Source: Escherichia coli
Lineage (GTDB): Bacteria > Pseudomonadota > Gammaproteobacteria > Enterobacterales > Enterobacteriaceae
NCBI RefSeq assembly: GCF_013315695.1
Contig: NZ_CP054353.1
Length of the DNA: 64,000 nucleotides
Direction: 5' to 3' (one strand)
The notes below the pieces were generated by a model. That model made no database searches. It had not been told where the DNA came from and saw nothing but the letters and a program-made list of their open reading frames with translations. Positions 12,428 through 24,791 of the stretch are shown here, in pieces. How positions within the stretch are numbered: the stretch's first letter is position 1; each line of letters starts with the position of its first letter. Made by a program: the position numbers and the translations under genes.

Positions 12428-12634
12428 ATGGAACTTTACAGAGAATATCCTGCATGGCTTATCTTTTTACGCCGTACTTATGCGGTTGCAGCGGGCGTTC
12501 TGGCGCTGCCTTTCATGCTTTTCTGGAAAGACCGCGCCCGCTTTTACAGCTACCTGCACCGCGTCTGGTCGAAAACCAGCGAGAAACCGGTGTGGATGGA
12601 TCAGGCCGAAAAGGCAACTGGTGATTTTTACTGA
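12428..12634 (+). CDS. ybfA: Small inner-membrane protein YbfA (DUF2517)
   Basis: 68 aa [39 protein letters not shown]... matches YbfA as recalled. Confidence 0.8.
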   Translation: MELYREYPAWLIFLRRTYAVAAGVLALPFMLFWKDRARFYSYLHRVWSKTSEKPVWMDQAEKATGDFY

Positions 12635-12656
12635 TTGCTAAATATTACGTTCAAAG

Positions 12657-12694
12657 AAAACCGCCAGCGGAAACGCTGGCGGTTTTCTTTTTTC
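12657..12694 (+). terminator. Rho-independent terminator after ybfA
   Basis: AAAACCGCCAGCG-GAAA-CGCTGGCGGTTTTCTTTTTT hairpin plus T-run. Confidence 0.6.
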
Positions 12695-12734
12695 GGCGTC
12701 TACACTTACTCCTGTAAACCGTTCAGGAGCAGTA

Positions 12735-13244
12735 ATGAATCAACAACTTTTTGATGACAGCACCCTTATCCGCATTTTTGCTTTGCATGAGTTACACAAT
12801 CTCAAAGATCGAGGACTAACGCGCGGGGCGCTTCTCGATTATCACAGCCGCTATAAACTCGTCTTTCTGGCTCATTCCCAGCCGGAATACCGCAAACTTG
12901 GCCCGTTTGTGGCTGATATTCACCAGTGGCAAAATCTGGATGACTATTACAACCAGTACCGCCAACGCGTAATTGTTTTGCTTTCTCACCCTGCCAACCG
13001 GCGTGATCATACTAACGTTTTGATGCACGTTCAGGGTTATTTTCGCCCTCATATTGATTCCACAGAACGCCAGCAGCTGGCTGCGCTTATCGACAGTTAT
13101 CGCCGTGGCGAGCAACCACTTCTTGCGCCGCTGATGCGTATCAAACACTATATGGCGCTTTATCCTGACGCCTGGCTTTCAGGGCAGCGTTATTTCGAAC
13201 TTTGGCCGTGTGTGATTAACTTGCGCCATTCAGGAGTTTTATGA
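12735..13244 (+). CDS. ybgA: DUF1722-family protein YbgA
   Basis: 169 aa; overlaps the phr start by 4 nt as in the ybgA-phr operon. Confidence 0.85.
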   Translation: MNQQLFDDSTLIRIFALHELHNLKDRGLTRGALLDYHSRYKLVFLAHSQPEYRKLGPFVADIHQWQNLDDYYNQYRQRVIVLLSHPANRRDHTNVLMHVQGYFRPHIDSTERQQLAALIDSYRRGEQPLLAPLMRIKHYMALYPDAWLSGQRYFELWPCVINLRHSGVL

Positions 13245-14659
13245 CTACCCATCTGGTCTGGTTTCGCCAGGATTTACGTCAGCACGATAATCTCGCGCTG
13301 GCTGCCGCCTGCCGCAATTCGTCTGTGCGCGTGCTGGCGTTGTATATCGCTACCCCACGCCAGTGGGCGGCGCATAATATGTCGCCGCGTCAGGCTGAAT
13401 TTATCAATGCACAACTGAACGGGCTACAAATCGCGCTGGCGGAAAAAGGCATTCCTTTGCTGTTTCATGAAGTGGATGACTTTGCCGCCAGCGTCGAAAT
13501 AGTTAAACAGGTGTGCGCGGAAAATCGTGTTACCCATCTGTTTTATAACTATCAGTATGAGGTGAATGAGCGGGCGCGGGATGTGCAGGCTGAGAGGGCG
13601 CTGCGTAACGTGGTGTGTGAAGGATTTGACGACGGCGTGATCCTGCCGCCGGGGGCGGTGATGACTGGCAATCATGAGATGTACAAAGTCTTTACGCCAT
13701 TTAAAAACGCCTGGCTTAAACGGCTGCGAGAAGGGATGCCGGAGTGCGTCGCTGCGCCAAAAGTACGTAGTAGCGGATCGATAGATCCCGCGCCATCCAT
13801 TACGCTGAATTATCCTCGTCAGCCTTTCGATACTGCGCATTTCCCGGTGGAAGAGAAAGCGGCGATTGCGCAATTACGCCAGTTTTGCCAGAACGGTGCC
13901 GGAGAGTATGAGCAACAGCGAGATTTCCCTGCGGTAGAAGGCACCAGCCGTTTGTCCGCCAGCCTGGCAACGGGCGGGTTATCGCCTCGCCAGTGTTTGC
14001 ATCGCCTGTTGGCGGAACAGCCGCAGGCGCTGGACGGTGGGGCCGGTAGTATCTGGCTTAATGAGCTGATCTGGCGCGAGTTTTACCGTCATCTGATAAC
14101 GTATTACCCCTCGCTGTGTAAACATCGTCCGTTTATTGTCTGGACCGACCGCGTGCAGTGGCAGAGCAATTCCGCGCATTTAAAGGCCTGGCAGGAAGGC
14201 AAAACGGGATACCCGATTGTTGATGCTGCCATGCGTCAGCTTAACAGCACCGGCTGGATGCATAACCGGCTACGGATGATTACAGCCAGTTTTTTGGTGA
14301 AAGATTTATTGATCGACTGGCGCGAAGGTGAGCGATATTTCATGTCGCAGCTGATTGATGGTGATTTGGCAGCCAATAACGGTGGCTGGCAGTGGGCCGC
14401 TTCAACCGGAACCGATGCAGCGCCGTATTTTCGTATTTTTAACCCGACAACCCAGGGCGAGAAATTTGACCGTGAGGGCGAGTTTATCCGCCAGTGGCTA
14501 CCGGAACTGCGCGATGTGCCAGGGAAAGTGGTGCATGAGCCGTGGAAGTGGGCGCAGAAAGCAGGTGTGACGCTGGATTATCCGCAACCGATAGTTGATC
14601 ACAAAGAGGCAAGGCTGCGAACGCTGGCAGCGTACGAAGAAGCGAGGAAAGGAGCCTGA
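13241..14659 (+). CDS. phr: Deoxyribodipyrimidine photolyase
   Basis: 472 aa; photolyase/cryptochrome family with the FAD-binding C-terminal WxxxxxRxFNP-type region. Confidence 0.95.
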   Translation: MTTHLVWFRQDLRQHDNLALAAACRNSSVRVLALYIATPRQWAAHNMSPRQAEFINAQLNGLQIALAEKGIPLLFHEVDDFAASVEIVKQVCAENRVTHLFYNYQYEVNERARDVQAERALRNVVCEGFDDGVILPPGAVMTGNHEMYKVFTPFKNAWLKRLREGMPECVAAPKVRSSGSIDPAPSITLNYPRQPFDTAHFPVEEKAAIAQLRQFCQNGAGEYEQQRDFPAVEGTSRLSASLATGGLSPRQCLHRLLAEQPQALDGGAGSIWLNELIWREFYRHLITYYPSLCKHRPFIVWTDRVQWQSNSAHLKAWQEGKTGYPIVDAAMRQLNSTGWMHNRLRMITASFLVKDLLIDWREGERYFMSQLIDGDLAANNGGWQWAASTGTDAAPYFRIFNPTTQGEKFDREGEFIRQWLPELRDVPGKVVHEPWKWAQKAGVTLDYPQPIVDHKEARLRTLAAYEEARKGA

Positions 14660-14701
14660 TAAAACGCAGCGAGCGTCTTATCAGGCATCGGTGCTGGCCT
14701 G

Positions 14702-16366
<1,665 letters not shown>

Positions 16367-16453
16367 TTAATATGTCAAAAGATTGGCTATCGACGAACAG
16401 GCGAGGTAACGCTATGTTAACGGTGTAGCTATCAGAATACGGAAGGCGCGAAG

Positions 16454-17197
16454 ATGAAAAACACCGAACTGGAACAACTGATTAACGAAAAACTGAACAG
16501 CGCGGCGATTAGTGATTACGCGCCGAATGGTTTGCAGGTGGAAGGCAAAGAGACGGTGCAAAAAATTGTTACCGGTGTCACTGCCAGCCAGGCTTTGCTC
16601 GATGAGGCAGTGCGTCTGGGCGCGGATGCGGTCATTGTGCATCATGGCTACTTCTGGAAAGGTGAATCTCCGGTCATTCGCGGAATGAAGCGTAACCGTT
16701 TAAAAACGTTGCTGGCGAATGATATCAACCTGTATGGCTGGCATCTGCCCCTGGACGCGCATCCGGAGCTGGGTAATAACGCACAACTGGCGGCGTTACT
16801 GGGGATCACGGTCATGGGCGAAATTGAGCCGTTGGTGCCGTGGGGCGAACTGACCATGCCTGTGCCGGGACTGGAACTGGCCTCCTGGATTGAAGCGCGT
16901 CTGGGACGTAAGCCGTTATGGTGTGGCGATACCGGACCTGAGGTGGTCCAGCGCGTCGCCTGGTGCACGGGGGGCGGGCAAAGTTTTATCGATAGCGCCG
17001 CGCGTTTTGGCGTGGATGCTTTTATTACTGGCGAAGTTTCTGAACAGACCATTCATTCAGCCCGCGAGCAGGGATTGCATTTTTATGCTGCGGGTCACCA
17101 TGCCACTGAACGCGGTGGTATTCGCGCGTTGAGCGAGTGGCTGAATGAAAATACCGATCTTGATGTGACCTTTATTGATATTCCTAATCCTGCATAA
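16454..17197 (+). CDS. ybgI: NIF3-family metal-binding protein YbgI
   Basis: 247 aa; NIF3/YbgI family. Confidence 0.9.
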   Translation: MKNTELEQLINEKLNSAAISDYAPNGLQVEGKETVQKIVTGVTASQALLDEAVRLGADAVIVHHGYFWKGESPVIRGMKRNRLKTLLANDINLYGWHLPLDAHPELGNNAQLAALLGITVMGEIEPLVPWGELTMPVPGLELASWIEARLGRKPLWCGDTGPEVVQRVAWCTGGGQSFIDSAARFGVDAFITGEVSEQTIHSAREQGLHFYAAGHHATERGGIRALSEWLNENTDLDVTFIDIPNPA

Positions 17198-17219
17198 CGA
17201 ATAATCAGAGGGATCGAAA

Positions 17220-17876
17220 GTGCAACGAGCGCGTTGTTATCTGATAGGTGAAACGGCGGTAGTGCTGGAGCTGGAACCGCCGGTGACGCTGGCTAGCCAG
17301 AAACGGATCTGGCGACTGGCGCAGCGTCTGGTGGATATGCCAAATGTGGTTGAAGCGATACCGGGGATGAACAATATCACGGTGATTTTACGTAATCCTG
17401 AGTCGCTGGCGCTGGATGCCATAGAGCGTTTGCAACGCTGGTGGGAGGAGAGTGAGGCGCTGGAGCCGGAGTCTCGCTTTATTGAAATTCCGGTGGTTTA
17501 CGGTGGTGCAGGCGGACCGGATTTGGCGGTGGTCGCGGCGCATTGCGGGTTGAGCGAAAAACAGGTTGTTGAATTGCACTCCTCCGTGGAATACGTGGTC
17601 TGGTTTTTAGGTTTTCAACCGGGCTTCCCGTATCTCGGGAGTTTGCCGGAACAACTACACACGCCACGGCGCGCTGAACCGCGCTTGCTCGTTCCGGCAG
17701 GTTCTGTCGGGATCGGCGGGCCGCAGACCGGTGTTTATCCGCTGGCAACGCCGGGTGGCTGGCAGTTGATTGGTCATACCTCACTCAGCCTGTTTGATCC
17801 GGCGCGTGACGAACCCATCTTATTACGTCCGGGAGACAGCGTGCGCTTTGTACCGCAAAAGGAGGGAGTATGCTGA
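17220..17876 (+). CDS. pxpB: 5-oxoprolinase subunit B
   Basis: 218 aa; allophanate-hydrolase-subunit-1-like; former ybgJ. Confidence 0.88.
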
Positions 17877-18802
17877 AGATTATTCGTGCGGGCATGTATA
17901 CCACTGTGCAGGATGGCGGTCGTCACGGTTTTCGCCAGTCGGGTATCAGCCACTGCGGCGCACTGGATATGCCTGCGCTGCGCATTGCTAACCTGCTGGT
18001 GGGTAATGACGCCAATGCCCCCGCGCTGGAGATCACGCTCGGTCAGTTAACGGTTGAGTTCGAAACTGATGGGTGGTTTGCTCTGACGGGTGCCGGTTGC
18101 GAAGCGCGGCTGGATGATAACGCCGTCTGGACCGGCTGGCGATTGCCGATGAAAGCAGGCCAGCGTTTAACGCTTAAACGCCCGCAGCACGGGATGCGCA
18201 GTTATCTGGCGGTCGCGGGTGGTATTGATGTTCCGCCGGTAATGGGATCATGCAGCACCGATCTCAAAGTGGGGATTGGCGGGCTGGAAGGCCGTTTACT
18301 GAGGGATGGTGACCGACTCCCGATTGGCAAAGCGAAGCGTGATTTTATGGAAGCGCAGGGAGTTAAACAGCTGCTGTGGGGCAACCGCATTCGCGCCTTG
18401 CCGGGGCCGGAATATCATGAGTTCGATCGCGCCTCGCAGGATGCATTCTGGCGTTCTCCCTGGCAACTTAGCCCGCAAAGTAACCGCATGGGTTATCGCT
18501 TACAGGGGCAAATTTTAAAACGCACCACCGATCGCGAACTGTTATCTCATGGTTTGTTGCCGGGCGTGGTGCAGGTGCCGCATAACGGCCAGCCGATTGT
18601 ATTGATGAACGACGCACAGACCACCGGTGGTTATCCGCGTATTGCCTGTATCATTGAGGCTGATATGTACCATCTGGCGCAAATTCCGCTCGGTCAGCCG
18701 ATTCATTTTGTCCAGTGTTCACTGGAAGAGGCACTGAAAGCACGGCAAGATCAGCAACGTTATTTCGAACAATTAGCGTGGCGGCTGCACAATGAAAATT
18801 GA
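17870..18802 (+). CDS. pxpC: 5-oxoprolinase subunit C
   Basis: 310 aa; allophanate-hydrolase-subunit-2-like; former ybgK; overlaps pxpB and pxpA. Confidence 0.88.
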
Positions 18803-19526
18803 CCTGAACGCCGATCTGGGCGAAGGCTGTGTCATCGACGCAGAGCTATTAACGCTGGTTTCCTCTGCCAATATTGCCTGTGGATTTCATGCTGGCGATG
18901 CGCAAATCATGCACGCTTGCGTGCGTGAAGCAATAAAAAATGGTGTCGCGATTGGCGCTCATCCGAGTTTTCCTGACAGGGAAAATTTTGGTCGCAGCGC
19001 TATGCAGCTGCCGGCAGAAACCGTTTACGCCCAGACGCTGTATCAAATTGGCGCGCTGGCAGCGATTGCCCGTGCGCAAGGCGGCGTAATGCGTCATGTC
19101 AAACCGCACGGCATGTTATACAACCAGGCGGCGAAAGAGGCACAACTGGCAGACGCCATCGCCAGAGCGGTATACGCTTGCGATCCGGCATTGATTCTCG
19201 TCGGGCTGGCAGGAAGCGAGCTGATTCGTGTAGGCGAACGATATGGCCTGGTAACGCGCGAGGAAGTGTTTGCCGATCGCAGTTATCAGGCAGACGGTTC
19301 GCTGGTGCCGCGAAGCCAGCCAGGCGCGCTGATTGAAGACGAAGAACAGGCGCTGGCGCAAACGTTGGAGATGGTGCAACACGGCAGAGTCAAAAGTATC
19401 ACCGGCGAATGGGCAACGGTCACGGCGCAAACGGTCTGCCTGCATGGCGACGGCGAGCACGCACTGGCATTCGCCCGCCGACTACGCTCTACATTTGCCG
19501 AAAAGGGGATTGTTGTTGCAGCATAA
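18792..19526 (+). CDS. pxpA: 5-oxoprolinase subunit A (LamB/YcsF family)
   Basis: 244 aa; former ybgL. Confidence 0.88.
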   Translation: MKIDLNADLGEGCVIDAELLTLVSSANIACGFHAGDAQIMHACVREAIKNGVAIGAHPSFPDRENFGRSAMQLPAETVYAQTLYQIGALAAIARAQGGVMRHVKPHGMLYNQAAKEAQLADAIARAVYACDPALILVGLAGSELIRVGERYGLVTREEVFADRSYQADGSLVPRSQPGALIEDEEQALAQTLEMVQHGRVKSITGEWATVTAQTVCLHGDGEHALAFARRLRSTFAEKGIVVAA

Positions 19527-19561
19527 CCCCGCTTAATAAAGAATGAAAAAAGGATATCACC

Positions 19562-20353
19562 ATGCCTGAAGGCCCGGAGATCCGCCGTGCAGCGGATAAC
19601 CTGGAGGCGGCGATCAAAGGCAAACCACTAACTGATGTCTGGTTTGCCTTCCCGCAGTTAAAATCTTATCAATCACAACTTATCGGTCAACACGTTACCC
19701 ATGTGGAAACGCGTGGCAAGGCGTTGTTAACTCATTTTTCCAACGAATTAACGCTCTACAGCCATAATCAGCTTTACGGCGTCTGGCGCGTGGTTGATAC
19801 CGGCGAAGAGCCGCAGACCACGCGAGTATTGCGGGTAAAACTGCAAACGGTTGACAAAACCATTCTGCTTTATAGCGCCTCGGATATTGAGATGTTGACC
19901 CCGGAACAACTGACCACGCATCCGTTTTTACAACGCGTTGGCCCCGATGTGCTGGATCCGAAACTGACGCCGGAGGTGGCGAAAGAACGGTTATTGTCGC
20001 CGCGCTTTCGTAACCGTCAGTTTGCTGGATTACTACTCGATCAGGCGTTTCTGGCTGGGCTTGGCAATTATTTGCGGGTGGAGATCCTCTGGCAGGTTGG
20101 GTTGACTGGAAATCATAAAGCGAAAGATCTCAATGCGGCGCAACTGGATGCACTCGCACACGCGTTACTGGAGATTCCTCGATTTTCCTACGCTACGCGG
20201 GGGCGGGTGGATGAGAATAAGCATCATGGGGCGCTGTTTCGCTTTAAGGTTTTTCATCGTGATGGCGAACTGTGCGAACGCTGTGGCGGCATCATTGAGA
20301 AAACCACGCTGTCATCTCGCCCGTTTTACTGGTGCCCTGGCTGTCAGCACTAG
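19562..20353 (+). CDS. nei: Endonuclease VIII (Fpg/Nei DNA glycosylase)
   Basis: 263 aa; N-terminal MPEGPEI and C-terminal zinc finger CxxC...CxxC. Confidence 0.94.
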   Translation: MPEGPEIRRAADNLEAAIKGKPLTDVWFAFPQLKSYQSQLIGQHVTHVETRGKALLTHFSNELTLYSHNQLYGVWRVVDTGEEPQTTRVLRVKLQTVDKTILLYSASDIEMLTPEQLTTHPFLQRVGPDVLDPKLTPEVAKERLLSPRFRNRQFAGLLLDQAFLAGLGNYLRVEILWQVGLTGNHKAKDLNAAQLDALAHALLEIPRFSYATRGRVDENKHHGALFRFKVFHRDGELCERCGGIIEKTTLSSRPFYWCPGCQH

Positions 20354-21396
20354 GCCGTACGTTTCGGCGCATAGGTTGAAATAAACCGCGCAATGGCAGG
20401 TCCCGTCAGCAAAATACTGAACAGGCGCAGGGTTTGCATCGCCATAATGAGCGCCATATCGGCATTGCTCCCTGCGGCGATAACCGCCACGGTATCAAGC
20501 CCGCCGGGGCTGGTGGCGAGGTAGGCAGTCATAAAATCAATGTGCATAAACCGGGTCAGTCCCCACGCCATACCCGCACAAATAGCCAGCAGAGCAAAAA
20601 TCGACAGCAGGATTTGTGGCAGTGGGCGCAATGCCCGCAGTAATATTTGTTTATCGAAACCAAGACCAATCCGCCAGCCAATTGCCATATATGCTATCGC
20701 CAGCAGCCATTCCGGGAGTTCAATCGTGATGAGCTGACCAGACTGGAGCACTGCGCCCGCCAGCATCGGGATGAGCATCGTGCCGGAAGGAAGACGTAGC
20801 AAGCATCCCGCCGTACCGGCAACGACCGCGAGCATAATCGTAAGCAGTAGATTAATGCTCACTGGCGGGAACCAGACGATCTGCTGGTTAACCGCTTCAG
20901 CGTTATCACCCAGCATCATGCGGGTGACCAGAACAGCGGCCCCCGCGACGAACAGCACTCGCAGATATTGCATAAACGCCACCAGGCGAATATCTGCGCC
21001 GTAATCTTGCGCCATAGCGACCATTGCCGCCGCGCCGCCAGGAGAAGAACCCCAGGCACCGGTATTTCCAGGCAGTGAGCTATAGCGCACCAATAACCAA
21101 CCCACGATGGCGCTGGAAAGCAGCGTCACCAGTAAAATGGCTAACACTATCGGCCAGTTCACCGCTAGCGTGGTCAGGATCGAACCGGTCAGGTTTTGCG
21201 CAATCATGCAGCCAAGAATGGCCTGCGCGGCGAGAAAAGCGGAGCGGGGGAGTTGCAGGGTAACCCCGCGCATACTGAAGATGATCCCGGCGAGCATCGG
21301 CCCAAGTAATAGCGCCGCCGGGAGATGTAATCCGAGGAAGCCAATAGAAAGTAGAAGTGAGAGCACACATAACATTCCCCACTGCAAAACTGGCAT
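20350..21396 (-). CDS. abrB: AbrB-family membrane protein (putative regulator/transporter)
   Basis: Track ORF 20350..21441; start chosen at [14 protein letters not shown] (ATG 21396, AGGA-type RBS upstream), 348 aa. Start codon choice is uncertain. Confidence 0.75.
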   Translation of the reverse strand: MPVLQWGMLCVLSLLLSIGFLGLHLPAALLLGPMLAGIIFSMRGVTLQLPRSAFLAAQAILGCMIAQNLTGSILTTLAVNWPIVLAILLVTLLSSAIVGWLLVRYSSLPGNTGAWGSSPGGAAAMVAMAQDYGADIRLVAFMQYLRVLFVAGAAVLVTRMMLGDNAEAVNQQIVWFPPVSINLLLTIMLAVVAGTAGCLLRLPSGTMLIPMLAGAVLQSGQLITIELPEWLLAIAYMAIGWRIGLGFDKQILLRALRPLPQILLSIFALLAICAGMAWGLTRFMHIDFMTAYLATSPGGLDTVAVIAAGSNADMALIMAMQTLRLFSILLTGPAIARFISTYAPKRTA

Positions 21397-21547
21397 CCTT
21401 CGCTTCCTCATTATTTTCTCTTTGGTGTATCGATACAGCATAAAGAAAGCTGGGTCTGGAAAAAATAACGGTAATCAAGGAAAAGGGGAAAATCAGCAAT
21501 AATCTGAATACGTTGCCCTTTCCGGCTGAAAAGGGCGTCGTGTTAAA

Positions 21548-21922
21548 TCAGTTATAGTTAATCTTAAAAAGTACCACTGTATCGAAGGGACCCGCCGCGA
21601 TGAGAGTGCCAGGTGTGGACGATAATTCAGCCGTATAGGTTTTTTCGTAGATCAGCATATCACTGGTGAAATCGGCGTATTCAGCATATTTATTGAATGT
21701 ATAAGGCGAGGCGTTTTCATCCAGCAAACGTAGCTTCAGACTATTACCAATCAACAATGCTTTATCTTCTTCAACCAACGTTTCTTCGGTATAAAAGGAG
21801 GAACTGACTTTAAATCCGTCGGTGCATTGGTCATTTTGTGATTTTGTCGTGTTAATACTGAATGTTTTCGACATTGTGTGGCGGCGAATATCCAGCAGAT
21901 TAAATTTACCAAAATCAATCAC
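21548..21922 (-). CDS. Hypothetical protein (orphan ORF where K-12 carries the ybgOPQD fimbrial operon)
   Basis: 124 aa ORF, no signal peptide or recognisable domain; may be real or a remnant of the deleted fimbrial locus. Confidence 0.3.
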   Translation of the reverse strand: MIDFGKFNLLDIRRHTMSKTFSINTTKSQNDQCTDGFKVSSSFYTEETLVEEDKALLIGNSLKLRLLDENASPYTFNKYAEYADFTSDMLIYEKTYTAELSSTPGTLIAAGPFDTVVLFKINYN

Positions 21923-22068
21923 CTGTGTTTCCGGTGAAATATTTTTTCACCTTATTAATGGGTATTTGCATCTGGTTTAATTTTTACAATTTTTTATGTT
22001 CAGCCATATAAAAAGAACCCGCTCTATTAAAGGCGGGTCCGGAAAGTGAACGGCTTAGCAATCAACCA

Positions 22069-23352
22069 TTAACGCTTGATATCGCTTTTAAAGTCGCGTT
22101 TTTCATATCCTGTATACAGCTGACGCGGACGGGCAATCTTCATACCGTCACTGTGCATTTCGCTCCAGTGGGCGATCCAGCCAACGGTACGCGCCATCGC
22201 GAAGATCACGGTGAACATAGAAGACGGAATACCCATCGCTTTCAGGATGATACCAGAGTAGAAATCGACGTTCGGGTAGAGTTTCTTCTCGATAAAGTAC
22301 GGGTCGTTCAGCGCGATGTTTTCCAGCTCCATAGCCACTTCCAGCAGGTCATCTTTGGTCCCCAGCTCTTTCAGCACTTCATGGCAGGTTTCACGCATTA
22401 CGGTGGCGCGCGGGTCGTAATTTTTGTACACGCGGTGCCCGAAGCCCATCAGGCGGAAAGAGTCATTTTTGTCTTTCGCACGACGAACAAATTCCGGAAT
22501 GTGTTTAACGGAGCTGATTTCTTCCAGCATTTTCAGCGCCGCTTCGTTAGCACCACCGTGCGCAGGTCCCCACAGTGAAGCAATACCTGCTGCGATACAG
22601 GCAAACGGGTTCGCCCCCGAAGAGCCAGCGGTACGCACGGTGGAGGTAGAGGCGTTCTGTTCATGGTCAGCGTGCAGGATCAGAATACGGTCCATAGCAC
22701 GTTCCAGAATCGGATTAACTTCATACGGTTCGCACGGCGTGGAGAACATCATATTCAGGAAGTTACCGGCATAGGAGAGATCGTTGCGCGGGTAAACGAA
22801 TGGCTGACCAATGGAATACTTGTAACACATCGCGGCCATGGTCGGCATTTTCGACAGCAGGCGGAACGCGGCAATTTCACGATGACGAGGATTGTTAACA
22901 TCCAGCGAGTCGTGGTAGAACGCCGCCAGCGCGCCGGTAATACCACACATGACTGCCATTGGATGCGAGTCGCGACGGAAAGCATGGAACAGACGGGTAA
23001 TCTGCTCGTGGATCATGGTATGACGGGTCACCGTAGTTTTAAATTCGTCATACTGTTCCTGAGTTGGTTTTTCACCATTCAGCAGGATGTAACAAACTTC
23101 CAGGTAGTTAGAATCGGTCGCCAGCTGATCGATCGGGAAACCGCGGTGCAGCAAAATACCTTCATCACCATCAATAAAAGTAATTTTAGATTCGCAGGAT
23201 GCGGTTGAAGTGAAGCCTGGGTCAAAGGTGAACACACCTTTTGAACCGAGAGTACGGATATCAATAACATCTTGACCCAGCGTGCCTTTCAGCACATCCA
23301 GTTCAACAGCTGTGTCCCCGTTGAGGGTGAGTTTTGCTTTTGTATCAGCCAT
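22069..23352 (-). CDS. gltA: Citrate synthase
   Basis: 427 aa [36 protein letters not shown]...; unmistakable type II citrate synthase. Confidence 0.97.
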   Translation of the reverse strand: MADTKAKLTLNGDTAVELDVLKGTLGQDVIDIRTLGSKGVFTFDPGFTSTASCESKITFIDGDEGILLHRGFPIDQLATDSNYLEVCYILLNGEKPTQEQYDEFKTTVTRHTMIHEQITRLFHAFRRDSHPMAVMCGITGALAAFYHDSLDVNNPRHREIAAFRLLSKMPTMAAMCYKYSIGQPFVYPRNDLSYAGNFLNMMFSTPCEPYEVNPILERAMDRILILHADHEQNASTSTVRTAGSSGANPFACIAAGIASLWGPAHGGANEAALKMLEEISSVKHIPEFVRRAKDKNDSFRLMGFGHRVYKNYDPRATVMRETCHEVLKELGTKDDLLEVAMELENIALNDPYFIEKKLYPNVDFYSGIILKAMGIPSSMFTVIFAMARTVGWIAHWSEMHSDGMKIARPRQLYTGYEKRDFKSDIKR

Positions 23353-24060
23353 TTAAGGTCTCCTTAGCGCCTTATTGCGTAAGACTGCCGGAACTTAAAT
23401 TTGCCTTCGCACATCAACCTGGCTTTACCCGTTTGTTATTTGGCTCGCCGCTCTGTGAAAGAGGGGAAAACCTGGGTACAGAGCTCTGGGCGCTTGCAGG
23501 TAAAGGATCCATTGATGACGAATAAATGGCGAATCAAGTACTTAGCAATCCGAATTATTAAACTTGTCTACCACTAATAACTGTCCCGAATGAATTGGTC
23601 AATACTTCCACACTGTTACATAAGTTAATCTTAGGTGAAATACCGACTTCATAACTTTTACGCATTATATGCTTTTCCTGGTAATGTTTGTAACAACTTT
23701 GTTGAACGATTGTCAAATTAGATGATTAAAAATTAAATAAATGTTGTTATCGTGACCTGGATCACTGTTCAGGATAAAACCCGACAAACTATATGTAGGT
23801 TAATTGTAATGATTTTGTGAACGGCCTATACTGCCGCCAGGTCTCCGGAACACCCTGCAATCCCGAGCCACCCAGCGTTGTAACGTGTCGTTTTCGCATC
23901 TGGAAGCAGTGTTTTGCATGACGCGCAGTTATAGAAAGGACGCTGTCTGACCCGCAAGCAGACCGGAGGAAGGAAATCCCGACGTCTCCTGGTAACAGAA
24001 AGTTAACCTCTGTGCCCGTAGTCCCCAGGGAATAATAAGAACAGCATGTGGGCGTTATTC
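23353..24060. promoter_or_regulatory. Divergent gltA / sdhCDAB-sucABCD promoter-regulatory region
   Basis: 708-bp AT-rich non-coding interval between divergent gltA and sdhC; individual operator sites not resolved. Confidence 0.6.
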
Positions 24061-24450
24061 ATGATAAGAAATGTGAAAAAACAAAGACCTGTTAATCTGG
24101 ACCTACAGACCATCCGGTTCCCCGTCACGGCGATAGCGTCCATTCTCCATCGCGTTTCCGGTGTGATCACCTTTGTTGCAGTGGGCATCCTGCTGTGGCT
24201 TCTGGGTACCAGCCTCTCTTCCCCTGAAGGTTTCGAGCAAGCTTCCGCGATTATGGGCAGCTTCTTCGTCAAATTTATCATGTGGGGCATCCTTACCGCT
24301 CTGGCGTATCACGTCGTCGTAGGTATTCGCCACATGATGATGGATTTTGGCTATCTGGAAGAAACATTCGAAGCGGGTAAACGCTCCGCCAAAATCTCCT
24401 TTGTTATTACTGTCGTGCTTTCACTTCTCGCAGGAGTCCTCGTATGGTAA
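24061..24450 (+). CDS. sdhC: Succinate dehydrogenase cytochrome b556 subunit
   Basis: Start placed at [15 protein letters not shown] (ATG 24061), 129 aa. Confidence 0.95.
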
Positions 24451-24791
24451 GCAACGCCTCCGCATTAGGACGCAATGGCGTACATGATTTCATCCTCGTT
24501 CGCGCTACCGCTATCGTCCTGACGCTCTACATCATTTATATGGTCGGTTTTTTCGCTACCAGTGGCGAGCTGACATATGAAGTCTGGATCGGTTTCTTCG
24601 CCTCTGCGTTCACCAAAGTGTTCACCCTGCTGGCGCTGTTTTCTATCTTGATCCATGCCTGGATCGGCATGTGGCAGGTGTTGACCGACTACGTTAAACC
24701 GCTGGCCTTGCGCCTGATGCTGCAACTGGTGATTGTCGTTGCTCTGGTGGTTTACGTGATTTATGGATTCGTTGTGGTGTGGGGTGTGTGA
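24444..24791 (+). CDS. sdhD: Succinate dehydrogenase membrane anchor subunit
   Basis: 115 aa; overlaps sdhC. Confidence 0.95.

Noticed and set aside
14660-14701. Possible REP-like element between phr and dtpD (CGTCTTATCAGGC...)
   Set aside because: Only a partial resemblance to the REP consensus, no clear palindrome; too weak to call.
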